The notes beneath the pieces are model-generated. The model saw nothing but the letters and a program-made list of their open reading frames with translations, ran no database searches and was not told where the DNA came from. This document shows positions 18,358-25,972 of a stretch of DNA of 32,000 nt, piece by piece. Source of the stretch: Candidatus Nanopusillus acidilobi. Its GTDB lineage: Archaea > Nanobdellota > Nanobdellia > Nanobdellales > Nanobdellaceae. Numbering within the stretch: position 1 is the stretch's first letter; every line of letters begins with the position of its first letter. Position numbers and translations under genes: made by a program. Where the stretch lies: contig CP010514.1 of the NCBI GenBank assembly GCA_001552015.1, forward strand, positions 90,001-122,000, in the 5' to 3' direction.

Positions 18358-18963
18358 ATGGTAAATAATATTGATGATTTGAAATTTCTTGGAAGGTGGA
18401 AATATGAAATAGATGTAGAAGATGAAACATTAAGAGCATTTATGAATTTAAAACCATATGTTGTTCCAAAGACAAATGGTAGATATCAAAATAGAAGATT
18501 TGGAAGAAAAAATATGCCAATTATAGAGAGATTAATTGGTAGATTAATGACACCAGGTCATTATGGGGGAAAGCATAAGTTTACATCATATTATGCTTCT
18601 GGAGAATATCATAAAGTATTAAAAATATTAGTTGAGGCATTTGAAATAATTGAAAAAGAAACAAAACAAAATCCAATAAAAGTATTGACAAAAGCAATAG
18701 AAAATGCTGCTCCAAGAGAAGAAATAACAAATATAGAAATGGGTGGTGCAAGATATCCAAAAGCAGTAGATATTTCACCTTTAAGAAGAATTGATTTGGC
18801 TATAAGGCATATTGTTTGGGGAGCATATCATAGTTCTAGAAATAAAAAAGATATGGCAAGTGCATTGGCAAAAGAAATAATAAATGCGTATAATAATTCT
18901 GTAGAATCATTTGCAATACAAAAGAAATTAGAACTAGAAAGATTGGCATCTTCTTCTAGATGA
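18358..18963 (+). CDS. rps7: Ribosomal protein S7 (uS7)
   Basis: 201 aa. PIIERLIGRLM, NPIKVLTKAIENAAPREEIT..MGGARYPKAVDISPLRRIDLAIRHI. Confidence 0.88.
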   Translation: MVNNIDDLKFLGRWKYEIDVEDETLRAFMNLKPYVVPKTNGRYQNRRFGRKNMPIIERLIGRLMTPGHYGGKHKFTSYYASGEYHKVLKILVEAFEIIEKETKQNPIKVLTKAIENAAPREEITNIEMGGARYPKAVDISPLRRIDLAIRHIVWGAYHSSRNKKDMASALAKEIINAYNNSVESFAIQKKLELERLASSSR

Positions 18964-18998
18964 TTTGTTTATAAAGCTATAAAAGTAATTTTTATTTT

Positions 18999-19484
18999 AT
19001 GAGCCCGCGGAGTCTCGTACCGAAAAAAGTTTTCTTTACCTCTGGTATAGGTATAGCGGATGATCCACTATTAAGTTTTGAATATGCATTGAGAGAAGCA
19101 AAAATAGAAAAGTTTAATCTAGTTCCAGTATCTAGTATAGCACCACCGAATGTAAAAATTATAGATATAGATGAGGGATTAAAATATTTAAAGGCAGGTC
19201 AGATTGTATTTTGTGTTCTAGCAAGATTTACATCAAATGAAGAGGGTAAAGAAATATTCTCATCAGTTGGAGTAGCATTACCCAAGGATAAAAAATATAA
19301 TGGATATTTTACGGAATACCATGGATATTATACTGGAAAAGAAGAAGGATATGCAAAAAATATGGCGAAAAATATGCTAGAGTCTATGTATAATATAGAA
19401 ATAGATAAGGAATTTGAAATATTTAGAAAAACAAAGGTAGAAAAATATAGTACTGTTATATCAGCAGCTGTATTTATTCTTTAA
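18999..19484 (+). CDS. pdaD: Pyruvoyl-dependent arginine decarboxylase
   Basis: 161 aa. LVPKKVFFTSGIG...LLSFEYALREAKIEKFNLVPVSSIAPP contains the self-cleavage Ser-Ser site typical of PdaD. Confidence 0.85.
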   Translation: MSPRSLVPKKVFFTSGIGIADDPLLSFEYALREAKIEKFNLVPVSSIAPPNVKIIDIDEGLKYLKAGQIVFCVLARFTSNEEGKEIFSSVGVALPKDKKYNGYFTEYHGYYTGKEEGYAKNMAKNMLESMYNIEIDKEFEIFRKTKVEKYSTVISAAVFIL

Positions 19485-19520
19485 ATAAATTTTTTAAATA
19501 CATAAACCATAAACATTTTT

Positions 19521-20882
19521 ATGTTACCTGTATATGATATTAATAGGATTGTTTTTGCATCATCTCTTGCTATACATATTATAATAGCATCAATTACAAT
19601 TGGAATGCCCTTTGCAATTGGAACATTAGAATTATATGGAATATTAAAGAAAGATGAAAGTATAAAAAATTTAGCTCAAAGAATATCGACATTAATATTA
19701 GTTTTATTTGCAATAGGAACATTGTCTGGTACAATTGTTGCTCTTGAAATGTATATATTATTCCCAAAATTTATGCAAATAGTGAGTAATACAGCAATTA
19801 TATCATTATATATAGAAATTTTAGCATTCTTCATGGAATCTTTATTTGTAGGTATATATTTCTACTCATTTAAAAAATATAATAATTCGATATTACATCC
19901 AATATTTATGTATTTAATTGGAATATTTGCAGCGATGTCTGGTTTTTTAATAATAACATTAAATGCTTTTATGAATTATCCTGTAGGAATTGAATATTTG
20001 AATGGTCAATATATTGATATAAATCCATATTCCATATTTTTTACTCCAATAGAATTTATTGAAGTATTTCATGGAATTTTAGCATCATTAGAATTTGGTT
20101 TATCAATATTTGTATTAGTTATTTCCTATAAAATATTGAAAGAAAAGGATATTGAAAATATAAAAATATATGGAAAAGCTTTGAAATTAGCAATTCTCAT
20201 ATTATTCTTATCAATATTATTATTAGGAGTATCAGGAATAAATTCAGCAGATACATTAGCAAAATATCAACCAGTTAAGTATGCAGCATTAGAGGGCAAT
20301 TTGAATGGAAATATTTCTAATGCACCTGAAAATTTATTTGGAATTGTTACAAACAATTATACATTAATTGATTCAATAAAAATTCCAAATTTGCAAAGTT
20401 TATTATTATATGAGAGTTTTAATCCAAATACAATTGTTCCTGGAATATATGCAAATGAGTCTTATATACCTTCACCAAATGATATTACTATAGCACATAA
20501 TTCTTTTGATATAATGGCAATATTTGGATTCTTAATATTCTTTATATCATTATATGGATTGATCTCTTTAATAATTTCAAAAGAAGATAAAAAAGATAAA
20601 AAATTTAGTTTAAATCCAAAATATACATTTTATATGAATAAATTATTATTATATGGATTAATATTATTATCTGTATTATCTTTAATTTCCTTGGAAACTG
20701 GATGGGTTGCTGCGGAAGTTGGAAGGCAACCATGGACAATATATGGAATACTATTAACAAGAGATGCTGCAAATTTAAATCCGGGAGTTGTTCCTATTGC
20801 AATAGCTTTTGAATTAATATATATATCATTATTTGTTTTATCTATATGGGCTATAAAAAGATATTTTATTAATAAATTATGA
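19521..20882 (+). CDS. cydA: Cytochrome bd-type quinol oxidase subunit I
   Basis: 453 aa, polytopic. The signature GWVAAEVGRQPWTIYG matches the CydA GW..E.GRQPW motif. Confidence 0.85.
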   Translation: MLPVYDINRIVFASSLAIHIIIASITIGMPFAIGTLELYGILKKDESIKNLAQRISTLILVLFAIGTLSGTIVALEMYILFPKFMQIVSNTAIISLYIEILAFFMESLFVGIYFYSFKKYNNSILHPIFMYLIGIFAAMSGFLIITLNAFMNYPVGIEYLNGQYIDINPYSIFFTPIEFIEVFHGILASLEFGLSIFVLVISYKILKEKDIENIKIYGKALKLAILILFLSILLLGVSGINSADTLAKYQPVKYAALEGNLNGNISNAPENLFGIVTNNYTLIDSIKIPNLQSLLLYESFNPNTIVPGIYANESYIPSPNDITIAHNSFDIMAIFGFLIFFISLYGLISLIISKEDKKDKKFSLNPKYTFYMNKLLLYGLILLSVLSLISLETGWVAAEVGRQPWTIYGILLTRDAANLNPGVVPIAIAFELIYISLFVLSIWAIKRYFINKL

Positions 20883-21775
20883 TAAACTATTCATTTTACT
20901 TTTATACATATATATTTTTAATTGCAGCGACAATCTTATTACTTATAGGAATAGAAATAGCCTTGGCATTATCATTCTTTATAAATAAGGATGTATATAA
21001 AAAATATGAAAATTTGTTTTTATCAATGTGGGAAATAACAGGTACATCAATTGTTTTCTTTGTAGTACAATATGAAGCTTTATTACCATCATTATTGGTC
21101 CCTGTTGCATATTCATTTTATCCACTAATATTTATTATATTATTTTTATTTATATTTAGAAATATTGGAATAGGGTTTTTTGAAGGAAAAAGTATAAATA
21201 AGGAATATAGTAAAAGAGATATATTAATATATTTATTTGGAACCTTGATAATGGCAATATTATTTCTTTCTATATTATCTGCAGCTATTACTGGTTATGG
21301 TATTAAAATTGTAAATGGAAATATTGTTTGGGGGCCTTCTATTATATTTAATTACTTTACATTATTATTGTTGTTATCAACAATATTATTTGTTTTAGGT
21401 ATTCTTGGATATATATTTAATGTAAAGAAGTTTAAAATATATGGATTAGTAGGATATTTGTTAGTATTCTTGGATATATATTTATATGAAAATACAATAC
21501 CTTATCTATTCTTTTTTCCACTAATAATATTACTAATATTAACATTTGTGAATTTAAAGGATATTGTACAAAGAATATTATTCATAATTTCTCATTATTT
21601 GAATGCAATGATATTATCAACATTATTATTTCCATATATATTTGGAACAATTAATATAAATTCATTATTATCTCAAAGCTTGCCATTATTATTTGCAGAA
21701 TTTATAGTATCAATTATAATAACAATAGTAGTAATTGGAATATATTATTTTGAAATAAAAACAATTTTAAGCTAG
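20879..21775 (+). CDS. cydB: Cytochrome bd-type quinol oxidase subunit II (divergent)
   Basis: 298 aa, polytopic. ATGA-coupled to cydA. Only weak motif similarity (LSMWEITGTSIVFF versus P.WdgNE.WL). The call is mainly by context. Confidence 0.55.
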   Translation: MINYSFYFYTYIFLIAATILLLIGIEIALALSFFINKDVYKKYENLFLSMWEITGTSIVFFVVQYEALLPSLLVPVAYSFYPLIFIILFLFIFRNIGIGFFEGKSINKEYSKRDILIYLFGTLIMAILFLSILSAAITGYGIKIVNGNIVWGPSIIFNYFTLLLLLSTILFVLGILGYIFNVKKFKIYGLVGYLLVFLDIYLYENTIPYLFFFPLIILLILTFVNLKDIVQRILFIISHYLNAMILSTLLFPYIFGTININSLLSQSLPLLFAEFIVSIIITIVVIGIYYFEIKTILS

Positions 21776-22602
21776 CTTTCAAAAACTTTATTATATATCT
21801 CTTTTAATTGGTTTGGAACAACGTGAGTATATATTTGTGTAATATTTAATGAGCTATGTCCTAGTATTTCTTGTATATATCTTATATCAACGCCTTTTGA
21901 TAATAATGTTGTTGCAAGAGAGTGTCTTAATACATGTGGAGTTACTTTTTTATTTATTCCAGCTTTCTTTGCAATATTTTTTATAATTCTTTCAACCTGT
22001 CTTGATGATAATGGAAATATATTTTCAGTATTTATTTTATTTATATAATCTTTTAATTCATTTAACAATCCTTTTGGTATTGGTACTATTCTTTCTTTAC
22101 CGCCCTTTCCATATACTTTTACAAAACCTTCTTCAAAGATTATATCATTCTTTTTTATTTTTATTAATTCGGAAACTCTTACTCCAGTATAAAATAGGAA
22201 TTTAATAATTAGTTTATCTCTATAATTTTCAGCATTTTCTAATAATCTATTTAATTCATCATATGTAATAAATTTTGGTAATCTTTTATCTACCTTTGGA
22301 GCTTTTATTTGCTTTGCTAAACTTTCATTATCTAAAAATTTTAAAAAAGATGATATAGCTCTAACATATAATCTTAATGAATTTGAATCTAGTTTTTTCT
22401 TAACCTTTAATTCAGCTAAAAATTTTAGAATTATATTCTTATCTAATGAACTACTAATAGATTTTGTATCTGTAATAATTATTCCATTATTTATTAGAAA
22501 TTCTAAAAATTTCTTTGTTATACTAGAATATGTTTTTATTGTATTTTTAGATTTTCCCTGTATTTCCAGCCATACTTTATATTCTTCAATAATTTCATTC
22601 AT
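21772..22602 (-). CDS. xerA: Tyrosine recombinase, XerA/XerC/XerD-like
   Basis: 276 aa. N-terminal SAM-like core-binding domain. Catalytic residues in TGVRVSEL, GKGGKERIVP, HVLRHSLAT, LGHSSLNITQIYTHV (R-K-HxxR-H-Y). Confidence 0.85.
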   Translation of the reverse strand: MNEIIEEYKVWLEIQGKSKNTIKTYSSITKKFLEFLINNGIIITDTKSISSSLDKNIILKFLAELKVKKKLDSNSLRLYVRAISSFLKFLDNESLAKQIKAPKVDKRLPKFITYDELNRLLENAENYRDKLIIKFLFYTGVRVSELIKIKKNDIIFEEGFVKVYGKGGKERIVPIPKGLLNELKDYINKINTENIFPLSSRQVERIIKNIAKKAGINKKVTPHVLRHSLATTLLSKGVDIRYIQEILGHSSLNITQIYTHVVPNQLKEIYNKVFES

Positions 22603-22661
22603 TTATATTTCAGAAACTTTGTGATATAAAAATTTTAAATAATAAAAATATTATAATTTTA

Positions 22662-22713
22662 TCCCTACCTGCCATGCACTGGGGATATATGAACCAGTTC
22701 CTCCAGGTAGGGG
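22662..22713 (+). ncRNA. GC-rich imperfect hairpin immediately 5' of the C/D box sRNA (unassigned structured RNA element)
   Basis: Outer stem CCCTACCTG (22663-22671) pairs with CAGGTAGGG (22704-22712). Inner stem ACTGG (22678-22682) pairs with CCAGT (22694-22698). There is an asymmetric internal loop and an 11-nt apical loop. Local GC is far above background. A TTTTAAATAA box lies at 22633-22642. Confidence 0.3.
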
Positions 22714-22715
22714 AG

Positions 22716-22772
22716 AAGAATGATGTGGTTGGCTTGAAACTGAAAAATGATGAATACGGCTACGCTGATAAA
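22716..22772 (+). ncRNA. Archaeal C/D box sRNA (2'-O-methylation guide)
   Basis: C box AUGAUGU at 22720-22726, a 13-nt guide GGTTGGCTTGAAA, and D' box CUGA at 22740-22743. Then a 3-nt spacer, C' box AUGAUGA at 22747-22753, an 11-nt guide ATACGGCTACG, and D box CUGA at 22765-22768. This is the canonical C-guide-D'-C'-guide-D layout and size. The element is intergenic. Confidence 0.65.
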
Positions 22773-22775
22773 AAT

Positions 22776-23405
22776 TTATAATATAATGCTTTCCATAATA
22801 TTTTTGGCTTTAGAAGCATATTTTTCATATTTTTCTGAATATTCATCAAATATATTATAAAGCAAGTCTCTATCATAACCATGTTTTCTCATTAAATAAG
22901 TTAGAATTCCTATATCATTTAAGTCTTTTTCTTCTTTTCTTCTTAAATAAGTAAATATTTTATCTACTAGTAAATATTCCATTCCAGCAACATATAATTT
23001 TATTATCTTTTTACCTAGCTTTAATTCTATTATATTATATGGTACTTCTTTATCTTTAAATAATATACTTATGCTTGGTCCATATTTATATTTAATTTCA
23101 ATTCCATCGTACCCAAATATTCTCCCCTCCTTAATTGATAAATCTGATAATTTTCCATATATTATTTCTTTTGCTTTTGTTTCCTGATTTTCATTTATTA
23201 TGAAATCTATATCTTTAGTTTCTCTATTATAATTTTCATTATAATATTTTGCATATGCAGCTACAGCCATTCCGCCTATTAATATTGGTTTTATATCATA
23301 ATCACTAGCAAATGCTTTTAATATACTTTCAAGGTTTTTTATTGTAAGCTTATCAGTTAATTTATAACTTTCCTTTGATATGTCTTGTGATGTTATATGC
23401 GGCAT
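22776..23405 (-). CDS. Predicted nucleotidyltransferase (MNT-fold; AbiEii / DUF2204-like)
   Basis: 209 aa. ILIGGMAVAAYAKYY...RETKDIDFII fits the GG-x(n)-[RK]-x-[ST]-x-D-[IL]-D NTase motif of AbiEii-type proteins. There is a helical C-terminal half. No partner ORF is adjacent. Confidence 0.45.
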   Translation of the reverse strand: MPHITSQDISKESYKLTDKLTIKNLESILKAFASDYDIKPILIGGMAVAAYAKYYNENYNRETKDIDFIINENQETKAKEIIYGKLSDLSIKEGRIFGYDGIEIKYKYGPSISILFKDKEVPYNIIELKLGKKIIKLYVAGMEYLLVDKIFTYLRRKEEKDLNDIGILTYLMRKHGYDRDLLYNIFDEYSEKYEKYASKAKNIMESIIL

Positions 23406-23562
23406 ATATAAAAATAAGTAAAGAAAAATTTATAAATGTTACTTATAAAGTATCTACTAAATAATAAAACAATATTAAATTCATACTATTTATAAATGAG
23501 GGGATTTTTTATGATAATTATATAGATAAAAAATAGCAAAAAGTTACTTAAAAATATCTAAA

Positions 23563-24426
23563 TTAGTCTTTAATATTTAGTTTTTCCTTTAATGTTGTAG
23601 ATCTTCTGTTTGTAATTCTTAATAAATCTTTTATTGTATCTTTTGTTGGTATTCCAGTATTTAGTGATAATTTTACTAAGTTTTGGTATGCTTTTGTTAA
23701 TAATATCTTTATATTTTCTTTTGTTGGGAATGCAATTTCTAATGTTAATGATATAGCTTTTCTAAATCCGGATCTTAATTGATTTATATATTCTTCTAAA
23801 GGAGTTGATAATATATCATATGTGTATAATGTTTTTCCATCATATACTACCAATAATTTTATCTTTACTGGTATTGGAGTTATATTAAATTTCTGTAATA
23901 ATGATACTAATTCACTGTCAACTTTTTGACCTTTCTTTGCTACTAATGTATCTTCAGTTATAACAATTTTTCCATTTTCAACCTTTGTTTTTATATTATA
24001 TTTCTTTAATTCAGTTAATACAGGACCTGGTGTTAAATTAGTAGGTCCAGCTCTTATTATTACATCTTCCTCTAATATATCTCCTTCCTTAGCAGATCTA
24101 TAACTTTTATTTTCTTCCAATATTTTATTTAATAAAAATGGATTTATATCATCTTTTGGTAATATTAATAAAACTGCAATTCTTTTATTTTCTTCAATTA
24201 TATCTATCATCTTTTTAATATTTGGATCATTAATCTTTTCTAAAGCTTTAATAAAGAGATTCTTTTTAACAACTTTTACATTAATATTCATTTCCTTTAA
24301 CTTTTTTCTAATTACTTGTAGAGAAGCTGTTGGAATATCCATTATATTTGCTATTCCAATTATCTTAGAATTAGATAATTTAGAATATAAATCATTTGCA
24401 TATAATATCTTTTGTTGGGATACCAT
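23563..24426 (-). CDS. rpl10: Ribosomal stalk protein P0 (uL10), lacking the usual acidic C-terminal tail
   Basis: 287 aa. The N-terminal uL10 pattern is IGIANIMDIPTASLQVIRKKLKE.NINVKVVKKNLFIKALE. It follows rpl1 after a 1-nt gap. It ends ...TTLKEKLNIKD. Confidence 0.8.
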   Translation of the reverse strand: MVSQQKILYANDLYSKLSNSKIIGIANIMDIPTASLQVIRKKLKEMNINVKVVKKNLFIKALEKINDPNIKKMIDIIEENKRIAVLLILPKDDINPFLLNKILEENKSYRSAKEGDILEEDVIIRAGPTNLTPGPVLTELKKYNIKTKVENGKIVITEDTLVAKKGQKVDSELVSLLQKFNITPIPVKIKLLVVYDGKTLYTYDILSTPLEEYINQLRSGFRKAISLTLEIAFPTKENIKILLTKAYQNLVKLSLNTGIPTKDTIKDLLRITNRRSTTLKEKLNIKD

Positions 24427-24427
24427 T

Positions 24428-25081
24428 TTACATTATTCTTATTGAATCACTCATTGTTAGCTTTATATAAACACTCTTTATGCTATTTTTATTCCCAGGA
24501 ACCCTATTAATAAAATATTCTAATACATGGTTTGCATTTTCCAATATATCTTCATATTTCATATCTTCAGTTCCAATTGGTATGCCAATAGTTTTGTGGT
24601 TCTTTACAACAATTCTAACCATATTTTGTAATCTATTATAAATTGATCTTAAGAAATCCTGGTTTGCATTATCTGGAATTATCATTCCATACTTTGGATT
24701 TGGCATTTTATTTTTTGTAGATAAGTATTTACCTAAATATCTTCCTACATCTGCCATAGTTGATGCCTGTGCTACAAAAATATAATATCTCCTAACTAAT
24801 TTTTTTGCTTCCCTTTTATTTTCAGCTATTTCCTTTATTTTATCCTTAACCAATACAAAATCAAATATTTCTTTTGCAGGTTTTTCTAATTCAGGTCCAA
24901 CAATTGCAGCAATTTTTATTTTCTTTCCTCTACCTTTAGGTAATTCAACATATTCTGTAAATCTATTTTCGCTTTTGTTTAAATCATATTCTTTCTTTAA
25001 ATTAATTATTAATTCTACTGTCTGTTTAAATCTTCTCTTTTTTGATTTTTCTATGAGAGATTGTATATTTTTAACATCCAT
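24428..25081 (-). CDS. rpl1: Ribosomal protein L1 (uL1)
   Basis: 217 aa. KRRFKQTVELIINLKKEYDLNKSENRFTEYVELPKGRGKKIKIAAIV. Confidence 0.88.
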   Translation of the reverse strand: MDVKNIQSLIEKSKKRRFKQTVELIINLKKEYDLNKSENRFTEYVELPKGRGKKIKIAAIVGPELEKPAKEIFDFVLVKDKIKEIAENKREAKKLVRRYYIFVAQASTMADVGRYLGKYLSTKNKMPNPKYGMIIPDNANQDFLRSIYNRLQNMVRIVVKNHKTIGIPIGTEDMKYEDILENANHVLEYFINRVPGNKNSIKSVYIKLTMSDSIRIM

Positions 25082-25112
25082 AGAAAAAAGAAATATAGAA
25101 AATATTTAAAAA

Positions 25113-25265
25113 TTATTTTTTAACAAATAACTCTATTATATCCTTTATTGATTTTTTAGATGAGAAATATTTCTTTATATAATGCCTTATAATCAGAAAA
25201 ATTATAATAATTGTTATAACTATCCCTAATATTAAACCAATAAAAAAACTTAAAATATCAAACAT
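25113..25265 (-). CDS. Possible 50-aa single-pass membrane micro-protein between rpl11 and rpl1
   Basis: Manual translation: MFDILSFFIGLILGIVITIIIIFLIIRHYIKKYFSSKKSIKDIIELFVKK*. The ATG lies 1 nt after the rpl11 TGA. It is below the ORF-track size cutoff. In an AT-rich genome this could be a chance ORF. Confidence 0.3.
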   Translation of the reverse strand: MFDILSFFIGLILGIVITIIIIFLIIRHYIKKYFSSKKSIKDIIELFVKK

Positions 25266-25266
25266 A

Positions 25267-25746
25267 TCATTTTAATAGACTATCATACAATCCCTGATCT
25301 ACTTCTTTTATTAATTCTTTTGGATTTCTATTATTTACCGTTAATCCCAAAGATAATGCCGTTCCTAGAACCATTTTTACTGCAGATTTTAAATCATTAG
25401 TATTTAAATCTTTCATCTTTACTTTTGCAACCTTTATTACTTGTTCCATTGTAATATTTCCAACTACTTCATCTGGTTTTGTCCTTTTTGCAATTTCTAT
25501 ATTTGCTTCCTTCTTTAATAATGATGATGTTGGTGGTAATCCTACCTCTATTTCATATTTTCTTGTTTCTGTATCTACTATTATTTTTACAGGTACCTGT
25601 AAACCTTTGAATTCTTTTGTAGCTTCATTTATTTTATTTATTACTTCTCCAATGTTTAATTTAAGTTGGCTCAATTTTGGTCCTATATTTGGTCCTGGTT
25701 TAGCATTTCCTCCTTCTACTAATAATTCTATAACTTCCTTGCCCAT
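25267..25746 (-). CDS. rpl11: Ribosomal protein L11 (uL11); start revised to the internal Met
   Basis: MGKEVIELLVEGGNAKPGPNIGPKLSQLKLNIGEVINKINEATKEFKGLQVPVKIIV is a full-length uL11 N-terminus. The 32-codon upstream extension in the ORF track is hydrophobic, has no uL11 counterpart and overlaps secE. Confidence 0.85.
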   Translation of the reverse strand: MGKEVIELLVEGGNAKPGPNIGPKLSQLKLNIGEVINKINEATKEFKGLQVPVKIIVDTETRKYEIEVGLPPTSSLLKKEANIEIAKRTKPDEVVGNITMEQVIKVAKVKMKDLNTNDLKSAVKMVLGTALSLGLTVNNRNPKELIKEVDQGLYDSLLK

Positions 25747-25758
25747 ATAGATTTGTTT

Positions 25759-25776
25759 TTTAAAATATATTTTAAA
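25759..25776. promoter_or_regulatory. Perfect 18-bp palindrome TTTAAAATATATTTTAAA; candidate twin divergent TATA boxes for rpl11 (-) and secE (+)
   Basis: It lies in a 40-bp divergent intergenic region. The palindrome centre is about 21.5 nt from the rpl11 ATG and 19.5 nt from the secE ATG, so each half sits at leaderless-type spacing. Confidence 0.35.
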
Positions 25777-25786
25777 GATTATATAG

Positions 25787-25972
25787 ATGGGTATCAGCGA
25801 TAGTATAAAGGAAATGAAGGAAGTATATGAAACAGCTAGCAAACCTACATGGGATGAAATAAAGAAATTGGTTTATGTTACATTATTATTCTTTGCATTG
25901 GTTGCAGCTATTGTATTGCCTATATTTATAAGCTTACAGTATAGTATAATGATATGCCAATATACGCCATAG
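25787..25972 (+). CDS. secE: Protein translocase subunit SecE / Sec61-gamma
   Basis: 61 aa. KPTWDEIKKLVYVTLLFFALVAAIVLPIFISL is one C-terminal TM helix preceded by a KP..E motif. It lies directly upstream of spt5. Confidence 0.6.
   Translation: MGISDSIKEMKEVYETASKPTWDEIKKLVYVTLLFFALVAAIVLPIFISLQYSIMICQYTP

Noticed and set aside
18999-19025. Strikingly GC-rich codons at the 5' end of pdaD (ATG AGC CCG CGG AGT CTC GTA CCG) in a genome that otherwise uses AGA/CCA/CCT; considered as a hidden RNA element or transfer scar
   Set aside because: The stretch encodes the expected PdaD N-terminus (..LVPKK..). It contains only a 6-bp self-complementary CCGCGG and shows no convincing hairpin or repeat. 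It might modulate a leaderless 5' end, but I cannot support that from sequence alone.
21772-22602. Tyrosine recombinase considered as the integrase of a mobile element or provirus
   Set aside because: Its size and domain layout fit the chromosomal XerA dimer-resolution recombinase. The flanks are core genes (cydAB, ribosomal proteins). I saw no direct repeats, tRNA target or phage/plasmid genes. The neighbouring NTase is the only accessory-looking gene.
25747-25842. 32-codon N-terminal extension of the rpl11 ORF as given in the track (start at 25842)
   Set aside because: The extension is hydrophobic, has no counterpart in uL11 and overlaps the secE start on the other strand. The internal Met at 25746 gives a canonical uL11 N-terminus (MGKEVIELLVEGG...).
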